DNA of 64,000 nucleotides, taken from Callorhinchus milii. Lineage: Eukaryota. The first letter of the stretch is position 1, and the number at the start of each line of letters is the position of its first letter. A program made the position numbers and the translations under genes. Shown here piece by piece: positions 25,108 through 38,000 of this stretch. The notes under the pieces were generated by a model. The model was not told where the DNA came from. It saw nothing but the letters and a program-made list of their open reading frames with translations, and made no database searches. Where the stretch lies: the NCBI RefSeq assembly GCF_018977255.1, contig NW_024704743.1:24182001-24246000 (forward strand). Reading direction: 5' to 3'.

Positions 25108-27154
25108 AATTTGTTATTGTTTGTTGTTGTTGCCCAACATTTCCCCCTGCCAGAAATTGCAGTACTCTATAATAATAATAATAATAATAATAATAATCCT
25201 TGCATTTGATATAGCGCTTTTCACGTCGGGAGGACGTCCGAAAGCGCTTCACAGAACACACTGTAAAGTGACTCCATGTATTACATACAATCATACAGAA
25301 TCTACAGGAGCCAAAACAGCCCACTTGGCCCAACTAAGTTGTAGTGGGTTGCCCAATGTGACTCTCGCTTCTCAGATTGAGTAAAAGGGACCTTCACCTA
25401 TGTTCCTCAGTTCTCTCTTTTGGTGTACATCAACATTGGAGTGCTGGTTAAGAAGTTACTGTTTTTCCCATTTTATTTATTATTTTTCTGCCCATCAGGT
25501 TTGCTACCTGTTTTCTCAGTAGCCATTGTTTTTTCTGTTTTGAATAAGTTTCATTGTGTCCTGTCTGATCAGTAGGTACGAGTGGCATGAGATTACCTTG
25601 TTGCCTTGTTTGAAGTCCCTGTCTCCACTGTGATGAACTTATGCAGATAACACAAGTTTTTGCTCAAGTAAGTCACAAGAGGTGATAAGAGCTCCGAGAT
25701 GCTACCCTGAGCGCAGGGCACTGTAAAAATGCAGGTTGTTATAAATGTGAAAGGTTCAGATGTTTAATAAATTAAATTAAACATTAATTTATTACTCTTC
25801 AGAGTTTTCTTTAACCAGGGAGTACAGTAAAAACATGCCGTCCAACATAATACGCTTGTGTGAGCTGCATGGGTTTGACTGAGATTTCAGATGCGCTTAA
25901 GAAGTTGAAGGCCAACATGGATTCCTGAATACCCAATCAATAACCTCCTTTTTACTTAGCATTGTAACAATTACAACCCTTCTTTCTTCCTTTTAGCCAG
26001 TTTCTGTATCTATCCTCAACTTCATTACCGATTATCATCAGTTTGTAAAGGAATCTGTGTGTGGTATTTTGTCAAAGGGGGACTCAGAAGGAGGTCACAA
26101 TGGGCTTCTGTTTCACATTGAGCAGAATTGCCAAAAACAGGGAGCAAGTGACTCGGCCTTCCAAAATTAACTTACAAGGTTTGGTCTTACACTTCACAAT
26201 AACAACTTGCATTTATATATTTCCGCCCCCCCCCCCCTCCGGCTCAGCGTCACGCTCTGTCAAGTGCTCTGGGACACTGCCCTGCGTGGGGGTGCTACAT
26301 AAATGCAAGCTGTTGTTGTTGTTGTTGCCCTTCACATGGAGTAGTGCCTTGGAGAACTGAAATAATATACTTAAAAGTGTATTTACATGTGAGTGTATAA
26401 GTACAGTATGTCAATATAATCCACAGAGATTACCCAGCATCATACCCAATGTTACAGAATGGAAACAGGCCATTCGGCCCAACTAGACTGTGCTGGTGTT
26501 TATACTCCACATAAGCCTTGATCCCTCCAAATCACTTCCCTATTTAGCTCTATTCCCTTCTCCCTCAGATACGTACCAAATTTCCTCTTAGTTATGTTGG
26601 TGCTTCTGCTTCAACCACTTCTACTGGCAGTGAGTTCCACTTTCTCACTATTGTCTGCTCCGGCCTTCTGCATGTCCCTCATGCCCTCCATTCCACCATT
26701 GGTGGCCGCGTTTTCAACCACTACACCCCGAAACTCTGAAACACTCTTCCTCTATCCCTCTGCCTTGCCCCTTCTTTCCCCATCTTCAGGTCGCACCTGA
26801 AGACCTTCTTATTCACAGTCACCTCCCCCTACCTCTGGCTCAGCATTGTGCTCTACCACTGTCAAGCGATCTGGGACACTATCCTGCAAAAGGGTTGTTA
26901 TATAATTTCAAATTGTTGTTGTAAAGAAGTTACTTTGAAATACCATTTTAGATTTGTTACTGGGTATCTTATATTTACACCCCCTTGTTTTGGACTCTCC
27001 AACAAGCAGAAAGAGCCTATAAATTTCCACCTTTTTGAATCATTTAACTAATTTAAACACTTTATAATTTTAAACATGCTAGAGACATTTGAGATATCAA
27101 AAAATTATAGAAAAATGTAAATCACACGGAGAATACAAATGAACAAGACAAGGT

Positions 27155-28913
27155 TGTAATGTGTACAAAACTTTATTAACAAATGCTTATTTTAGTCACA
27201 GCAGACAATGAATAAATACTTAAAAATCATGACTTCAAATAATAAATACCTGTTAAATTTTGAAACTTGTTGCAAACGGTAAAGGCTAGGCTTCATTAAA
27301 GAACTAGTTGGCTACTTTTATTTTTAACGCGAAAGGCCATTTTTGTAAAGTAATAGAGAGCTGAAGATACGAGGATTGCTTTGTTCAATTTGCCATTGTT
27401 TAAAAACACTCTCAGTGTAAAAGAAAACCGGCTCATTTTAGAAGACCAGGTAAACAGTTCCAGTTCCAAATAGTTCCTCCAATAATTTACTAATAAAAGG
27501 ACCGTTTTTTAAAACATTTTGAATGTTATTTATTTTAGTCACCTCTATGAAACTCTTAAATGCTTCACACTGCAGCAAAGTCTTAGGTGCACAGAGGATA
27601 TCTTCTTTTTCAAAAAAAATACATTGCACAAAAGTGCTTCAAATTGTATATAACAATTCTCATAATGCTTATAGTTATATATCATCTGATTAAACTTCAT
27701 TTTAAACAGTGTTATGCTAGCCCTGTTTATTGGACATTTTGTATTTATAGGCAACTGAAAAAAAACCTCACATATTATTCTGTTAAAAATATTGTAATGA
27801 TTATGTATAAAGACATTTTATCATCATTCCTCTTCATCAAGGTTAAGATGAGTCTCACATACCTCTGCATAAAAGCAAAACATTTGCTTTTGTTAACTTT
27901 ATTACAAAAAATAGAAAAAGTACTTCAAGTCATTTCTAATACTAGAAGTGGTCCTGTGTATTAAAAGGTAGTTTTCGCTCAGCATTTACATTATTTAAGC
28001 AACAAAGTAAAACAACAGATCTATCCTTTTACAATATCCTGCCTTCTATCACTGTATTAATCTATGCATTTCAACGTGAATCTGTACCTTTTATTACCCA
28101 ACAACTGGAATAAAAGCAAACCTTTTGCAGAACTTCAAAATATACATTTCACTTTTAACACCATTGAATTATACTGTAAAACAGTATGGTAATATACAAA
28201 CAAATATGTATTGCAGATAAAATTGACAAACTTACTAAGTGTTAGACAATGAGTGGTGTTTCAAAAAGTTACTTAAAAAAAAATGATGACTTGTTGGGGG
28301 CCACAAAAATAATTAGTTAATAATTAATGTCAAAAATTTCTGAAAACATTGCCTATTAAAGTCCTTATATATAGTAGACATTTCCACTAATTGCACTTCT
28401 ATTTCTAGCATACAAATAAATGCTTCCAGCAGCTAAAATACAAATTATAAGTGAGAACAAAAATACATTTCTTTAAGTGAATACAAAAAAGTACTCTTTC
28501 CACACATCGCATTATCAATTAAACATTCTTTTCTTTTCTGCGTGGCCTTATCTGCATTATTTTGGTACAACCTGAGGATGCTCAAGGTATCAACATACAG
28601 GTTTCCCAGTGGATCAGTGCTAAACTACAGTGGCTTTGGATCTAGCTTGGCTGTGAAAGGTGAGCAGGCGAGCTGGACCGAGCTGTTTGGCAATGATCAC
28701 CTCCTGTAAGTGGAGAGTTCTGTTCATTGAGTTTTTCCCGAAGTCCCGAGCTGCATCTTGCAGATTCTTTAAACAAGTGATCGTATGATTGGAAACTGAT
28801 CCGGGTGCTTTGAAGTAACACCTTATCTCGAAGCCAAAGCATTCCGACTGTGCATGCTTTTCTGCTGCTATTTCTTTGTGTTTGTGTGTGTGTGTGAGAG
28901 GGTGGAACAGGGT
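27155..28913 (-). other. Probable 3' UTR of GSE1-like gene
   Basis: AT-rich 1.75 kb with no transposon fragments, running from the stop codon to an AATAAA. Confidence 0.6.
27172..27177 (-). terminator. Candidate polyadenylation signal AATAAA
   Basis: AATAAA on minus strand followed by U/GU-rich CTTGTCTTGTTC; repeats resume further downstream. Confidence 0.55.
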
Positions 28914-29033
28914 TCACCTGTATGATGATGTGGGCCAGCAATGTGTCAGGTCAAGGCACTTGCGCAGGTTGTTGAGAGCAGCCTGATGGCACTGGCGCTC
29001 CACTTCGAACCTCTGCTTACACAGCTTCAGCTC
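28914..29033 (-). CDS. GSE1: GSE1-like last coding exon ([13 protein letters not shown]...[17 protein letters not shown])
   Basis: TTTGTTTCTCTAG| acceptor, 39 codons + TGA; matches GSE1 C-terminal coiled coil. Confidence 0.92.
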   Translation of the reverse strand, partial: ELKLCKQRFEVERQCHQAALNNLRKCLDLTHCWPTSSYR

Positions 29034-32000
29034 CTAGAGAAACAAAAAACTCCACAAAATCAGCTGCTTTGTCATGTAGCATTTCTAAATAAGAATTCGG
29101 CCACAGTACTGATTTGTGACGAGGGAATTTTCAAATTCATCCATTTGAAAAAGGATCTGCTTTAAACCCTGGAGATCATAGATTTAACCTAATTTAACTG
29201 TAGACTAATCACCAAATAGAAAATTGTGAGTCAGAAGCACATGAAGAGTTAACATCTGAGGGAATGTCTCTCTGTGATTCAGTAAATCTAATGTAAACCC
29301 AGGTCCTCTTGCTTCCAAGGCGAGCGCTCTAACCAATACGCTGCAGGACTCCACGATCTATCCCTCTCCAACCACAAAATTCAGGATTACATTGAATTAC
29401 TTAGAACATTACTGAGAAAAACAGGCCATTTCGCCCAACCAGTCTGTGCTGGTGTTTATACACCAAGAGTCTCCACTATTCCTATTTCCTAGTTCCGTCT
29501 CCCATTCCTTTCATGTTCCCTCTCCCTCATGCATGCTTCAAGTTTTCTTTTAACTGACATCAACTCTTTTCACAGTTTAGCACTGGAATTTCAGCCCAGT
29601 GATTCCTGGGGTAATTACCATGAATAGGTACTGAGAATGCCAAAAAATAACTTTTTTTAAAAAAATTATGTTTAAAAAAGGATCGTCCTGGAGCTCTGAG
29701 TCACCTCTTTTTGTTAAGCAAACACTAATTAGACATAATCTGAGGTGACCCAAGCCATTGGTATCAATTTGATCACTGTTCAAACACTCTTATTCCTGTT
29801 TTTTATTCTCGTTGGGCATTTGTTAATTTTGGGGGGATAAATAAAATCAAAAATTTAGAGACAAGAATGTGGTTTTCATAACACGTAGACCTAGTTACCT
29901 TCTTCCTTGATAAGGAATTAGTTCCAAGTTTATGCCTAACAGATGTAGAATTCTGCATAGATGCACCCAAAGGGATATTACACCAGCCCAAACATTACTT
30001 AATCCTGGAGAAAAGAGACTATGCGCTGATGCTAAGACTTTGGTGTCTGGATTTCCTTAATAATCCAGGGATAATGATTTATTTTCCTTCTAAATCTAAT
30101 CAAAACATATGTGACACAGGCTTATGGCACCATTGGCTTGGTCACATCTTGGAGTAATGCTAGAGAGGGTACTATCTGATATGTTAATGTGCACATTTCT
30201 AACTACCTTTGATGTCGAAGGATACAAAGTACTATTCTAGAGTCAGATGGCGAGCAACACGGAAAAGCACGAGAGGTTGAACCACAGCTAACAGCAAACA
30301 TTCTTCATATGAGCAAAGGTCTCATATAACACAGCTCACATTTCCACTTGGTTCACAGGATAAGAGCAGAAATTGTGACCTAGGAAACTCGAGAAGCTCT
30401 TCAAAATGATCCTGGTATTGTGCCTGGAACATTAGTTTCAGAAGAGAAATGACTCAAAAACATGGTAACTAACTCTCCAGTGAAACCTCCCCACCCTTAC
30501 ATCTTTTGTGTATTTTGTGCAGCAATTCAGTGATGGGCAATTGTGTATTTTCCCACTTGTGCACCAAGTAGCTCCATTTTGTATTAGTTTCTGAGAGAAA
30601 TATCTTACCACAGGAACCTGATGTTGACAGGGTGGAACAGGCCACTTTGCGTACTCAGGTTTAAGCCCCTTTTAATTCTAATGACAAAACCCATTAGAGG
30701 TATCTGGATTTGGTCTTCCTGCCTGGTGGTGGAAACCAAACAGAAATAGGAAAAAGGGCTGTAAAGGCAATTTTAATAAGGATATGTATAGGGCTTTGGG
30801 CCACACTTGGGTTCACTACAAGATGAAGGCCTATTTGACTCTGACTTGTCCATTTGTGGACTCCAGCCCTGGGAACCAAATCTCAATCGAGACAATAACA
30901 GGGCCACAGACATTTGGGATCAGTACAAAAGGAAGGTAAAGTAGGTTCAGACACTCCTCTATGTTGCCACCATTCCCATGCCTCAAACCCAACTATAGAG
31001 AGGATTCCTGGATAAGAATCCCCAGTCTCCCTCGATTCATAATCTGCGCCATGAGCTCAACAGTCTTAATGTAATGTGTTAATGCACTGCACCTTCCTGC
31101 TTCACCTAGAGGCAGAAACTATTCAGAATTGTATTAGTTGTTCAGCTTAATATTAAAATTAATAGTCATTTGTTCAGTTGCTGCACTGTTATGTTAAATT
31201 AGGTCTAGTGTTGCAAATTGACAGTAATTTTATCTTTCCTTTTCACCAGTTAGCACGGATTGAGTACTGACTGAGTCCCGATCTCCGATCTTCTCCAGTC
31301 TGTAATCCGTCACATGAACCCAGTGAGATGTAATGGGATAACTATAAAGCATTCACCCATGTCTTTAAATGTTGTGGAAATGGGTATTGTAATTAGTCGC
31401 AAACTTAGCATCTAAAGTTGATGGATAATTGTGATGTGGTTACCTTTGGTCAGGTCTTGTAATTTTAAAGTTAATCATTTTTATTTTGTTCCCTTTCTTA
31501 ACTGGTTAATATTAATGGATATTTAAATTAAACATGTGCATAAATGCACTTGGAGACTTTTTTTATATATTACAGCCTGGAGTCAAATGAGACCAATGTA
31601 GAGGTACACTTTTTAACGTCTACATCCATCACACAAGCAAAGCGTTGGCTGCCTGATAACATTGCCACAGGAGCTGGGAAGTACATACAGGGTTGGGAGG
31701 ATTGATTTTTTTGTTCTCATAACTTCTTGTTATTATTTTGGGGTTTTATTTATTGGAGGAATACCTGGCTCCAGAAAGAAATGGGAGCAGCATATAGGGA
31801 TTAACTTATCTTCGATTCAGGGAGGAATGTCTCTTCAGCCACACACATACTAATTGATTGAACAGGGGTTTTAACTTTCATTTGGACTCATTCTACAAAG
31901 TATGAGCCATGTTATCAACACATGGCTTTGTCATTTGACATGCTTTGTCTTATTAGATCAGGTCTCTCCCTCCTCTCTATTACTCTAGACAGGATTCAAA

Positions 32001-35000
32001 CTGGGTCCAGATCCACAGCTCACCACAAAACAAAACCTCAGGTGGTGCGTACAGTACGCTTGAAAATATTTACTGGGAATTGGATAATTGTCTTCTCATC
32101 TCCAAAATGGTATTGTAATCCATGCTTGTCTCTTGGATTCTTATCTTCGTTTATTATAATGTCAATGTTGAGGTTTGTGAAATAAAAAGTTTAATATTTT
32201 TATTTAAAAATCTTGTGCTGTGATACTTTCCCATATGATGTGGCTTATCAGCAGGAATAATTTAAAAATCTTACCATAATAATAATAGTGTTTAATCCCA
32301 CGTTTTATCCCACACTACGCTCCACGAGCCTATGAACCCCATCCTTGCTTGGCTTCATTGGCTCCAAGCCCCCAGTGTATCAAATTTAAGATGCTTGTTC
32401 TCACTTTCAAACCGTCCTTGTCCCGCTCCTCCAATTTGGCTCTGTGACCTCCTTCAATCCTATCAACCCAGCTGCTCCGTTTGCTCAGCGAACATTGACC
32501 TACTTCATGTCCCCGTTCTATCCATCCCACCATTGCACTTTCCTCTCTCCACCCCCTTGGGTTACCACCCCCAGCTGTGGTGCCCAGCCAGCAGTGTTAA
32601 GCACTTTGAGACATGCTCCCGACGTGAAAGGCCCTATAAAAAGTTAAATTGTTTTGCAACAACTTTCTGGAGCCGCAGGGTTACTGTTCATTCTGTATAG
32701 TGAGACATTACTGATACTGATAAGTAGCTTCAGCTTCTTGATTATACAATAACCATTCAATGTAATACTCAACAACCTTTAATAATGAGCAAAGTTTTCC
32801 TATAAACACTAAAACCATCCTAAACATCTTCTGTATAAACATGCAACTAGCAATAAAACTCTTTTCCGTCTCCCAGAATGTAATGTTAAGACAGAGGATC
32901 TACTGTATAGAGTTTCACTTCTGGAACTGACACCATTTTTTAGTAGCATATGTGTGTAGGAAGAAATAAGACCAAAAATTCATGACCGAAATCAGCAACT
33001 ACGGAACAGACTATTTACCGTTTTTTATCCAAATCAAGAAACAGTATTTGACCAGTATAGATATGTGACCTCTGCACCGAATTTATAATAATAATAATCT
33101 TTGAATTTGATATAGCGCTTTTCATGTCTTCTAGTCGTCTCAAAGCGCTTCACAGAATATACTGTAAAGTAAATTCACTGCAAATTTGTGGGCGAAATTC
33201 CCACAAACAGTCATAGATTGAAGTGACCAATTTATTGTTTTTTTTTCTTGAGGGATTATTATTAGGCGTGTGGAGTAAGGAAACTTGCCCAAGGTTTCGC
33301 CCCTGCTGGGAATCGAACCCAGGTCTCTCGCTTGAGAGGCGAGTGCTCTAACCACTGAGCTACAGGACTCCACATTTCTGCCAATAATGCACATGAACTA
33401 GATAGAAAGCCACCTGCGCCTGAAGTGTCAAAATGAATAATAATCTTTACTTTTTTTATCATTGTTTTCATACATTATCTGCAGTCTTCAGTTTCTAATA
33501 GTTTGATGGTGTGCTATTCAATATACAGTGAAAGAACACGATACATTTGATTGGCAGCTGGGGGGAGAAAAGTAGGCAGAAAATCAAAGTGTTCAGAGTT
33601 ACATCCCTTACGAGCATTCTCTTAAAATAAATAGGTCCTTTTGCAGTAAATTATGATAACCTGCCATTCCATGCAATGGCTTAAAACAGCATGAGGGTTT
33701 ACTGTAGTTCATCACAGGTACAGCTGGTCTTTTCACACTTAGATGATTTAGTGTTGAACGTCTGTTACTAGGATTAAGGAAATTAGAAATCATCAGGACA
33801 GCAAAATGCTACACTGCAGCAATACACTTCTGCAAAGGCAGGGGGAATTGCATGTAATAATCACTGGTTCACAGAGGTGTCTCTTTAATCTAGACCTGGG
33901 CGATGGTATATTTCTTACCAACATATGTACACGGAGATTCTCTGCTGTAACGTTCAGTTCCTGATTTCTATTTTTGAGATGACTCAGCTGCTCCTCAAGC
34001 AGTTGCTGCTCGAGGTTTTTCTCTGCAAAATGAAAAATATTAACAAAGTATATATATATACATATACATAGTCCCATTTAATCCTTTCCCTCACCCCATG
34101 AACCCTATATCATCTTTGCTCGCAGAGAGCAGATTGCAGTGGGCAGAATCTGGCAAAATCAATGGTAACGATGATATAGAAGGCACACTTATTTTCTGAC
34201 ACAGCAGAGGGCATCTCTCTCTTGTTCAACTGAGAAATTTGGTGTCTAAAATGCAATACTGCAGTAAGCAAATATCAGATACCAAGCGTCACAGAACAAT
34301 GAATCCCAGATTTTAAGCTGGCAATCTTGTGATCCAAAATTGGCAAATCAGGAACCAAAATTAACACAACACATCCAGTGTGTGAATTTATTGCAATTTA
34401 GAAACTATTGTGTTTTATTTTAACCATACAATAAGTAATACTCCTTGCATTTGAAATAGCATCTTATTACATTGTCCAAATGTCTCAAAGCATTTCACAG
34501 GATGTTTTACTGTAAATTGCAATGATTGGGTATTTGTAGGCAAATGTATTGCAAGCATCTCCCTTCCCCCCCAATCCACTGACATCGGCAGCTATTCATT
34601 TCCCTTTCCACATACACAATTTGCATATGCGAAGGTTTGAGGAGTGATCGAATCCATTCTTATACTTGATGTGAAACTCTGTAGAATAGTTTCCACGCCA
34701 CACACTCTGCCTACTATTTTGTGAAGTATGACTCAATTCTGTGCACATTTCTCCATTGCATTCAAAATGCAATGGAGAAATATGCACAGAATTGGGCCTG
34801 CAAATATACAGTCACTCCACTTTACAGTATATTCTGTGAAGCACTTTGGGACGTATCAAAGATGTGATGAGACTCTATATCCAATGCAAGGATGATTATT
34901 TTTATTAAGTACAGTTCAGTGGTGTCGTTTCATTCACACTTTTTTCTCATTCTTACCTTCAAGGTACTCCTGGTAAGCTTCGAGGACCGCCGTGACCCCC

Positions 35001-38000
35001 TGCCATTTTGGCTGCCAATTCATCTCATCCTCGCTTTCAGATTCTTCAGCCTGAAGAACATCCTGTCTGCTTTGATCTAGATGTTGCAGGACCTCAGTTG
35101 TCTGCTGCTGCTGCCGCCGCTGTTGCTGCTTTGGTACGTCACACAATGACGATCGCGGAGCTATGGAACTGCAACTTCTATCACTCTGTGCTTCACCCAC
35201 TGAAACAATAATGAACAGCTCAATTACCACATCGCTGTATTGTGCAGGAAGATTATCCGATGTAGGTTAAAGCACAAAATAACTTAGTGATCATGCAGCT
35301 ATTCTATCTATGTCCAAGTGTACAAAATGGAAAGCGTTACTTAGAAGGTTCAGAATAGAATATCGTAGACAGAAACAGAGAACATTTCTCACTCTGATCA
35401 GTGTACAAGATCTTTTCAATTTTTAATTGCCTCTTACTTTTCTGATTATTCAAAGTAACATACACCATAGTGTGCCCACACGCAGCATTAGGAGCTTTGG
35501 AATGCAAAACATGGGTCACTCCCAGTGCTTGCTTGATGTTTGCGTGATCAGCAAATGTGTCTTGTTAAGTTCTGGTAGGTGGTAAAATACAGAGGTTCAT
35601 TGCACACTATATAAGCGTAACATCTGTTGAAGACTGTTTCACTCACTCGCCTTCCTAAATGCATAAATAATATGCAAGATAGCACAAGCTAACAATTCAG
35701 TTATTTACCACTGCTGCGAGTCAAGAACCACAAGGTGCAGATAGACTAAGGCTAACTTGAGTGATGACGATTAAGATCGCACTGTGTTTTGTACTGCTGG
35801 CTTGATTGATAAGGTTAAGGCAGTTATTGAGTTCCTCTCTCTTACAGCATGGGTAACTCATTCCTTTCCAGTTAACAAGATCAGTTTGGATGAAGAAGGC
35901 CTCTTTGACCCATTTGATCTCCTCCTTCCAGAAAACCCACCATACTGTCTTTCCATAACAGCATTAAGTTATATTTGGATTAATTCAGTGATGGGCCTCA
36001 ACCACCCTTCCTGGTAGCCTATTTCCAGTCATAAAATCAGAGAATCCTGCAGCACAGAAGGGAGGCCATTCAGCCCATTATGCCTGTGCCAGCTCTTTGA
36101 AAAAGCTATTCAATTAATCCCAATCCCCCGCTCTTTCCCCATAGCCTAGCATTTTTTTTCAAGTATATTTCGAATGCGCTTCAGGCTGCACAACCCAGAT
36201 CGTAACAATTCTCTGCGTAAAAACATTCTCATCTCCCCCTGGTTCTTTTGCCAATTATCTTAAATCTGTGTCCTCTGGTTACTACCAGTGGAAATAGTTT
36301 CTTCTTATTTACTCTATCAAACCCATCATAATTTTGAACTCCTCTATTAAATCTCCCCTCAACCTTCTCTGCTCTAAGGAGAATAATCCCTACTTTTCTA
36401 GTCTCTCCACATAGCTAAAGTCCCTCATCCCTGGTACCATTCTGGTAAATCTCCTTTGCACCCTCTCCAAAGCCTTGATATCCTTCCTAAAGTGTGTTGC
36501 CCAGAATTGGATACAATACTCCAGCTGAGACCTATCCAGTGATTTATAGAAGTTTAGCGTAATTTCCTTGCTTTTGTATTATATACGTCTATTTATAAAG
36601 CCAAGGATTCCATATTTTTTAAAAACAGATTTAACAAGTTGTCCTGCTACCTTCAAAGATCAGTCTTAACCTGGGCCAATAGAAAGGGCTGCAACAATTT
36701 TTCTGCTGAATCCACTGCAAACCACTTCCTCCGCTACAAACCTGTAATAACACAGTGTGCTAGACCCCGGGCCGCTGTGCATTGCTGCCGGCTGTGGGCG
36801 GAGCAGCCCCAGACACTCTTGCGTGGAGAGGCGCGAGCGGGAAATGGGCTTCGCTCACCCCAAGGCACGCTGTTGTCTGTGTGTCTCCCTCTTTTATGTG
36901 TGTGTCTGTTTGTGAGTGTCTTTGTGTGAGTTTGTCTGTGTGTATCTCTCTCCTCTACATGTGTGTGTTTGTGAATGTGTTTGTGTGTCTGTGAGTGTGT
37001 GTCTCGCTATGGCTGTGAGTGCGTCTCTATGTCTGCGAGTGTGTGACTCTCTCTGAGTCTGTCTCTCTCTGCATCTGTCTGTGAGTGTGTGTGTCTCTCT
37101 GTCTAGAAGTGTTTGTGTGTGTCTCTGTGGGAGTGCGTCTGTCTCTCTGTGGTGGCAAGCCCCAAGAGGCAGGAGTTGGTGACCGAACAAGAGTCAGGAC
37201 ACTGGGCTTCTAGTGTAGTGTAGGGTGGAAATGGACCATTTGACCCTTCAGGCCAGGGCTAGTGTTCCCCCCCACCACGAGTGGGCCATCCATTATTTGT
37301 TAAAGAGAGGATTAATACTTTTTGCAACAATCTAATATGTATTATTTCTGCATGTTTAGTCTTTAGCGATAACAGAGTTTTACTCCACGTTCATGTTTAG
37401 GTCTATCACATGTCAATCAATCTTTTAATTACTTCTCATGGAAAATCCCCTGATAGCTCCCATTAATTTGCAGTACTTCTTAGATTATAAAAGGATTCCA
37501 TAGGGTGGAGGTTGATGGACTATTTCCACTCGTTGGTCAGTTCAAAACGAGGGGCATAAATATAAGCTAGTTAGTAGCAGATCTAAGAGCAAGTTTAGGA
37601 GGTACTTCTTTTTGTAGATTTGCCCATACTTACATTCCGTACGTACCCCTGTGTTTCAGCATATTTCAGTTTTGCAGTTTCCAAGCAGAATCCATACCAG
37701 TGATTGTAGATTCAAACATAAAAAAGATGGGCCAGCTGCAGAACTAATGCCCTTTTGCACTGCTGCTAAATAGTATTAGTGTCATAATAAAAGCTGGCAG
37801 TTCTTTTGGCAATGTAAGAACAAAGCATTGAAATTGTATTTGTTAGTAGAAATGAAGGATTTCAAGCTCCCCTTTTGCCTAAAGTGAAAATGACCACTCT
37901 GAAGATAGTCCATCCAGGGAATCCTTCTGCCTCAGACGCCTCCCCCACCACCTTTAAAGCCCGCATTAAGATAATAATGATGACTCTTGCATTTGGTATA

